From contig JBMNIW010000005.1 of assembly GCA_050951325.1 (NCBI GenBank), forward strand, positions 1 to 64,000: a stretch of DNA of 64,000 bases. Reading direction: 5' to 3'. The notes beneath the pieces were generated by a model that did not search any database, was not told the origin of the DNA, and saw nothing but the letters and a program-made list of their open reading frames with translations. This stretch comes from Clostridia bacterium (GTDB lineage Bacteria > Bacillota > Clostridia > UBA1212 > DUPL01). A program made the translations under genes and the position numbers. How positions within the stretch are numbered: the stretch's first letter is position 1; every line of letters begins with the position of its first letter. This document shows, one piece after another, positions 58,847 through 64,000 of this stretch.

Positions 58847-61003
58847 ATGAGTCTTGCATGCAGAACATTTGAAACAAGAGTTGGTGAAGAGTTGTTTGGT
58901 ATAAAAATAGATTATGAAAGGGAATATGTTGTAGCACTGGCCGGAAACCCCAATGTGGGAAAGAGTACATTGTTTAACAATCTCACAGGAATGAAACAGC
59001 ATACTGGAAACTGGCCGGGGAAGACCGTTGCCAATGCCAGAGGAGTGTGCAGATACAAGGATAAAGAGTATGTAATGGTGGATTTGCCAGGTACATACTC
59101 ACTTATGGCCCACTCCCAGGAAGAAGAGGTTGCCAGGGATTTTGTGTGTTTTGCAAGACCGGATGCTGTAATTGTCGTTTGCGACGCCACATGTCTGGAA
59201 AGAAATTTGAATCTGGTTCTGCAAACCATGGAGATATCAAAAAATGTTGTTGTCTGTGTAAATTTGATGGATGAAGCGAAAAGGAAAAGAATTGGTGTTG
59301 ATACTTATAAATTGTCTAAGATGCTCAAGGTCCCTGTGGTTGGAATAACTGCACGCAAAAAAAGCACATTGAAAAGTCTTTTGGAAACAATGTCCGTCAT
59401 TGTAGACAAGGAAGAGAAGACACAAGATTTTATGATAAAGTATCCGGAACCAATAGAAAGGGCAATAGCGGTACTGGAGCCCGTTGTATCAAGGAAAATA
59501 GACCATATAGATTCTAGATGGCTGTGTCTTAAACTTCTTGACAATGATGAGTCGATTATGAAGTCCATTGAGAATTTTCTTCCCATCAATCCTTTTGAAG
59601 ACGGAGAAGTAGCATCAGGGCTTGAGATAGCTTACAAAATACTTGAAGAGAGCAACATTTCCAAAGAAGATTTAAGTGATATTATTGTTTCGAGCATTGT
59701 CAGACAGGCAGAAAGAATATCAAAAAGTGTGGTTTTCTACGAGGATGAAAAGTACGTAGAAAGGGATAGAAAAATGGATAGAATCATTACGGGGAAATAT
59801 TTGGGGTATCCTTTAATGATGGTTCTTCTTTTTGTGGTTTTCTGGATTACCATAAGAGGGGCAAATTATCCGTCTGCAATGCTGGCAAGATTTTTCTTTT
59901 TCTTGGAAGAAAGAATAACATATTTTTTTGAATTGGTTAATGCGCCAAATTGGCTACATGGAATTTTGGTGCTTGGAGTATACAGGGTTCTTGCATGGGT
60001 CGTGTCTGTTATGCTGCCTCCCATGGCAATATTCTTTCCTCTCTTTACGATTCTAGAGGATTTGGGGTATCTGCCGAGGGTGGCGTTCAACCTGGACAAA
60101 TACTTCAAGAAAGCATCCTCATGCGGCAAACAGGCTCTTACCATGTGTATGGGATTTGGATGTAATGCGGTTGGTGTAACGGGATGTAGAATAATTGATT
60201 CGCCAAGAGAACGTCTGATTGCAATAATTACCAACAATTTCGTACCTTGCAATGGCAGGTTTCCTACACTGATTGCTGTCATAACCATGTTTTTTACAGG
60301 GTATTTGACAGGTCTGACCGGGTCTTTGGTCTCGAGTTTAATTCTTACACTGGTTATTGTAATGGGCGTAGTCATGACTTTTTTAATATCTGGTTTATTG
60401 TCCAAAACAATTCTGAAAGGAGTTCCTTCTTCTTTCACGCTAGAACTGCCGCCATACAGAAGACCACAGGTTCTGAAAGTGATAGTAAGGTCCATATTCG
60501 ACAGAACTTTGTTTGTACTGGGAAGAGCGGTTATCGTTGCGGCTCCAGCAGGGGCAATTATTTGGATGATGGCAAATATTCATGTGGGAGGTGAGACTCT
60601 TTTAGGAATAAGCGCAGATTTTCTTGACCCGTTTGGCAAGCTTCTAGGACTGGATGGGGTTATAGTTCTGGCATTCATACTAGGATTTCCAGCAAATGAA
60701 ATAGTTGTTCCGATTATAATTATGGCGTATATGGCCCAGGGAAGTCTGATTGAACTTGGTTCTTTGAGTGAGCTTAAGGAGCTTTTGGTTGCAAACGGAT
60801 GGACTTTGACAACAGCCATAAGCATGATGCTTTTTACTTTGTTTCACTGGCCTTGTTCCACCACATGTCTTACCATAAGGAAGGAAACAAAGAGCATAAA
60901 GTGGACAGTGTTGTCTTTTGCAATACCTACCTTGGTTGGAATTGGTGTTTGTTTCATATTTGCAAGCACTGTCAGATTGCTTGGACTAATTATAAATACT
61001 TGA
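58847..61003 (+). CDS. feoB: Ferrous iron (or Mn) transporter FeoB
   Basis: GNPNVGKST, GNWPGKT, DLPGTYSL, GFGCNA, LELPPYR, HWPC. Confidence 0.94.
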   Translation: MSLACRTFETRVGEELFGIKIDYEREYVVALAGNPNVGKSTLFNNLTGMKQHTGNWPGKTVANARGVCRYKDKEYVMVDLPGTYSLMAHSQEEEVARDFVCFARPDAVIVVCDATCLERNLNLVLQTMEISKNVVVCVNLMDEAKRKRIGVDTYKLSKMLKVPVVGITARKKSTLKSLLETMSVIVDKEEKTQDFMIKYPEPIERAIAVLEPVVSRKIDHIDSRWLCLKLLDNDESIMKSIENFLPINPFEDGEVASGLEIAYKILEESNISKEDLSDIIVSSIVRQAERISKSVVFYEDEKYVERDRKMDRIITGKYLGYPLMMVLLFVVFWITIRGANYPSAMLARFFFFLEERITYFFELVNAPNWLHGILVLGVYRVLAWVVSVMLPPMAIFFPLFTILEDLGYLPRVAFNLDKYFKKASSCGKQALTMCMGFGCNAVGVTGCRIIDSPRERLIAIITNNFVPCNGRFPTLIAVITMFFTGYLTGLTGSLVSSLILTLVIVMGVVMTFLISGLLSKTILKGVPSSFTLELPPYRRPQVLKVIVRSIFDRTLFVLGRAVIVAAPAGAIIWMMANIHVGGETLLGISADFLDPFGKLLGLDGVIVLAFILGFPANEIVVPIIIMAYMAQGSLIELGSLSELKELLVANGWTLTTAISMMLFTLFHWPCSTTCLTIRKETKSIKWTVLSFAIPTLVGIGVCFIFASTVRLLGLIINT

Positions 61004-61093
61004 TTATTACAGAACTTCCGTCTTGACATATATTGATTGTATATCATGATGCTGGTAATTGTGTTAAATATTGTCACACAAACTTCACAAAAT

Positions 61094-61109
61094 TGGCATG
61101 GAATTTGCA
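61094..61109 (+). promoter_or_regulatory. sigma-54 (-24/-12) promoter
   Basis: TGGCAT-N5-TTGCA, 55 bp upstream of the KamA-like gene. Confidence 0.75.
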
Positions 61110-61164
61110 ATTGAAGTGCATGTAGGGTATACTATTTTTATTATCAAGATTGGAGGTTTGATAA

Positions 61165-62274
61165 ATGGATTGGAGAAGAGAACTGAGGAATAATGTAACT
61201 ACGGCTGAGGAAGTTTTTCAATGTTTGAATATTGAGGTTTCAAAAAAAGATTTACATAAGTACAATGAAATTATTGATAAGTTTCCCATGTCCGTATCAC
61301 AGTATTATCTGTCTCTAATTAATCCCGAGGACGAAGATGATGTGATTAGAAGAATGTGTGTGCCCTCTATCAATGAGACCGACTTAAGCGGAAGTTTTGA
61401 TACGAGCGGTGAAAAGGACAATACGGTTATGACGGGCTTGCAGCACAAATACAGGCAAACCGCACTCGTTTTGTCAACCAACAGGTGCGCCATGTACTGC
61501 AGGCATTGTTTTAGAAAAAGGCTTGTTGGTGTTAATGGTGATGAAATAACGAAGGAGTTTGACAACATCATCAACTACATAAGAGAGCATAAGGAAATAA
61601 ACAATGTACTCATATCCGGTGGAGATGCTTTTTTGAACAACAACAAAAAGATTGAGGAATATTTGGAAGCCCTGTGTGATATTGATCATCTTGATATAAT
61701 ACGCTTCGGAACAAGAACGCCTGTGGTGCTCCCTTCTAGAATTTATGATGATATGGAACTACTTGACATACTGGACAAGTATAGAAGAAAGAAAACAATT
61801 TATGTTGTTACTCATTTCAATCATTCGAGGGAGATAACAAAAGAGTCAAAAAGGGCAATAAGATGCCTGCTAGATCGTGGAATTATCATAAAGAATCAAA
61901 CAGTTCTTTTGAAAGGCATTAATGATGATGGAGAAACTCTTGCAAAACTAACTAACAACCTGACAAGGATTGGTGTTGTCCCATATTATGTTTTCCAATG
62001 CCGACCAGTAAAAGGTGTGAAGAATCAGTTTCAAGTGCCATTGTTGAAGGCGGAAAGAATAATAAAGGAAGCAAGGAAAAAGCTTAACGGACAGGGCAAA
62101 TGCTTCAGGTTTATCATGTCTACCGAAAGAGGAAAAATAGAGGTTATGGGATTGTTGAAAGAAAATAAAATGCTTTTTAAATTCCATCAGGCGAAATCCC
62201 CTGAAGATGAGAACAGGATTTTTGTAAAGGATATCAAGGAAGATCAGTGTTGGATTGATGTTTTTGATTCATAG
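61165..62274 (+). CDS. KamA-family radical SAM aminomutase-like protein
   Basis: W..EL, GLQHKY, CAMYCRHCFRKR, SGGD, R.GTR.P, THFNH, NQ.VLLKGIND, PYY.FQC. Confidence 0.92.
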   Translation: MDWRRELRNNVTTAEEVFQCLNIEVSKKDLHKYNEIIDKFPMSVSQYYLSLINPEDEDDVIRRMCVPSINETDLSGSFDTSGEKDNTVMTGLQHKYRQTALVLSTNRCAMYCRHCFRKRLVGVNGDEITKEFDNIINYIREHKEINNVLISGGDAFLNNNKKIEEYLEALCDIDHLDIIRFGTRTPVVLPSRIYDDMELLDILDKYRRKKTIYVVTHFNHSREITKESKRAIRCLLDRGIIIKNQTVLLKGINDDGETLAKLTNNLTRIGVVPYYVFQCRPVKGVKNQFQVPLLKAERIIKEARKKLNGQGKCFRFIMSTERGKIEVMGLLKENKMLFKFHQAKSPEDENRIFVKDIKEDQCWIDVFDS

Positions 62275-62300
62275 GAGGTGCTTTTTGCACCTCCTCTTTT
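62273..62300 (+). terminator. Terminator
   Basis: AGGAGGTGC-TTTTT-GCACCTCCT then CTTTT. Confidence 0.65.
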
Positions 62301-62384
62301 CTTTGTGTTATGTTTCTGCTATCATAATTTCCAATTGGTATGAGAATAATATATTGAAATATAGATATCAAACGGGGTGAAGGA

Positions 62385-64000
62385 ATGGACAGAAATGTAT
62401 TTAACGTAAAAAGGTATTTTGAAACAGGTGGAAAAAGATACAACTACTACAGTTTAAAAGCCCTTGAAGAGAATAAAAACATAAATGTGAAAAGGCTGCC
62501 GTATTCAATAAGGGTGTTGCTGGAATCCGTATTGAGACAGTATGACGGTTGGTCCATCAATGAAGAACATGTCTTAAACCTTGTAAATTGGAATACCGAC
62601 AAGTTTGATGAAAGAATTGATGTTCCATTCAAGCCTGCGAGAGTGCTGTTGCAGGATTTCACAGGAGTTCCTGCAATGGTGGATTTTGCATCCATGAGAA
62701 AGGCGATAGCGGACATTGGAGGTGATCCGAAGTGTATAAATCCAAACAGGAAGGCGGATTTGGTAATCGACCATTCTGTGCAGGTGGACAAGTATGCGTC
62801 TGGTGATGCGCTTAGTTTTAACATGGATATAGAGTTTGAAAGGAACGAAGAAAGATACAGATTTTTAAGTTGGGCACAGAAAGCTTTTTCAAATTTCAGA
62901 GTGGTTCCTCCAGCTACAGGCATTGTGCATCAGGTAAATCTTGAGTATCTTGCCCAAGTTGTTTTTGTGGATGAGGACGAAGACGAAATTCTTGCTTACC
63001 CTGATACGCTTGTAGGTACTGACTCCCATACAACCATGATAAACGGCCTTGGCATCCTGGGTTGGGGAGTGGGAGGTATTGAGGCGGAAGCCGGTATGTT
63101 GGGCAAAGCTTCATATTTCCCAGTGCCGGATGTGGTGGGTGTAAAACTTGCAGGAAGAATGAAGGAGGGAGCCACTGCAACGGATCTGGCCTTGTTGGTG
63201 ACGCATGTCTTAAGGAAGCATGGGGTGGTTGGCAAGTTTGTTGAGTATTTTGGAGAGGGAGTGTCAACACTCTCACTCGCAGACAGGGCAACTGTCAGCA
63301 ACATGGCTCCAGAATACGGAGCTACCTGTGGATTTTTTCCGGTTGATGAGGAAACCTTGAACTATTTGAAACTGACCGGCAGAAAAAAAGAGCATATTGA
63401 ATTGGTAGAGAGGTACTGTAGGGAGAATCTGATGTTTCGTGATTCGGGTTCGGTGCCTGAATACTCAGAAATTGTAGAAATTGATCTGGGAGAGGTGGAG
63501 GCGTGCCTTGCTGGCCCCAAAAGACCCCAGGATATCATACCCTTGTCCCTGATGAAGGAGGAGTTCGATCAATCTATTACAAGGGAAAAAGGTTATCGTG
63601 GTTTTGGTTTGTCAGAGAATATTGTTATGGATGGTGATAGAGCAAGTATAAAGAATGGTTCGGTGGTGATTGCCGCAATTACAAGCTGTACAAACACATC
63701 AAATCCGTTTGTTTTGATTGGTGCGGGATTACTTGCGAAGAAGGCCTGCGAGCTTGGTCTTGAGGTTCCTCCGCATGTTAAGACGTCCCTTGCACCAGGA
63801 TCGAAGGTTGTTACCGCATATTTGAGACAGTCCGGCCTTTTGGAGTATCTGGAAAGACTGGGATTTGGAGTTGTGGGATACGGATGCACCACATGCATAG
63901 GCAACTCAGGTCCATTGAGAAGGGAAGTTGAAGATGCCATTAAGGAAAATGATTTGCTGGTTGCATCTGTTTTGTCTGGGAACAGAAATTTTGAAGGAAG
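62385..64000 (+). CDS. acnA: Aconitate hydratase AcnA (3' end beyond window; absent from ORF track)
   Basis: Read by hand from ATG 62385: [78 protein letters not shown]. Confidence 0.96.
   Translation, partial: MDRNVFNVKRYFETGGKRYNYYSLKALEENKNINVKRLPYSIRVLLESVLRQYDGWSINEEHVLNLVNWNTDKFDERIDVPFKPARVLLQDFTGVPAMVDFASMRKAIADIGGDPKCINPNRKADLVIDHSVQVDKYASGDALSFNMDIEFERNEERYRFLSWAQKAFSNFRVVPPATGIVHQVNLEYLAQVVFVDEDEDEILAYPDTLVGTDSHTTMINGLGILGWGVGGIEAEAGMLGKASYFPVPDVVGVKLAGRMKEGATATDLALLVTHVLRKHGVVGKFVEYFGEGVSTLSLADRATVSNMAPEYGATCGFFPVDEETLNYLKLTGRKKEHIELVERYCRENLMFRDSGSVPEYSEIVEIDLGEVEACLAGPKRPQDIIPLSLMKEEFDQSITREKGYRGFGLSENIVMDGDRASIKNGSVVIAAITSCTNTSNPFVLIGAGLLAKKACELGLEVPPHVKTSLAPGSKVVTAYLRQSGLLEYLERLGFGVVGYGCTTCIGNSGPLRREVEDAIKENDLLVASVLSGNRNFEG

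Noticed and set aside
57369-62274. KamA-like gene as EpmB for EF-P beta-lysylation
   Set aside because: About 3 kb from efp with feoAB in between, own sigma-54 promoter, and no epmA in the window; proximity is probably coincidental.
62447-63940. Several minus-strand ORFs of 66-158 aa at the window end
   Set aside because: Shadows of acnA, which the ORF track missed because it runs off the window.
1-64000. rRNA, tRNA, IS/transposase, integrase or prophage genes
   Set aside because: None recognised by eye; tRNAscan-SE and Infernal would be needed to exclude small RNAs formally.

Overview
A gene-dense, AT-rich chromosomal segment from a spore-forming, anaerobic Clostridia-type Firmicute. Evidence for this is spoVFA/B, spoVS, a PdaA-type deacetylase, SpoIIIE/FtsK, SCIFF ranthipeptide genes, a four-subunit 2-oxoacid:ferredoxin oxidoreductase and sigma-A/K/54-like promoters. 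Most of it is core housekeeping: glnA-dapF, dnaG-rpoD, prmA, folD, rny, lspA-rlu, serA, aroK-aroQ-aroE-pepP, efp, two feoB genes, and acnA cut by the window end. Many secreted or lipoprotein genes with Pro/Thr linkers are interspersed. I see no rRNA, tRNA, CRISPR array, transposase or phage gene. The most unusual signals are: (1) a 9-bp-period TGCA array with competing inverted repeats right after the rny promoter; (2) three genes whose Shine-Dalgarno (SD) geometry points to ATA, ATT or CTG starts; (3) a tandem pair of TIM-barrel glycosidase-like lipoproteins with a DEP motif and no evident clan-A nucleophile, next to an SGNH esterase; (4) a phosphatase-VTC-DUF4956 module; (5) an apparently leaderless, operator-covered DUF4004 regulator; (6) a three-way-junction leader before dnaG; (7) a sigma-54-driven KamA-like radical SAM gene. 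Several +1 frameshifts and one in-frame TAG suggest some consensus-sequence errors or recent pseudogenisation. All product calls come from recognising motifs by eye; no searches were run.
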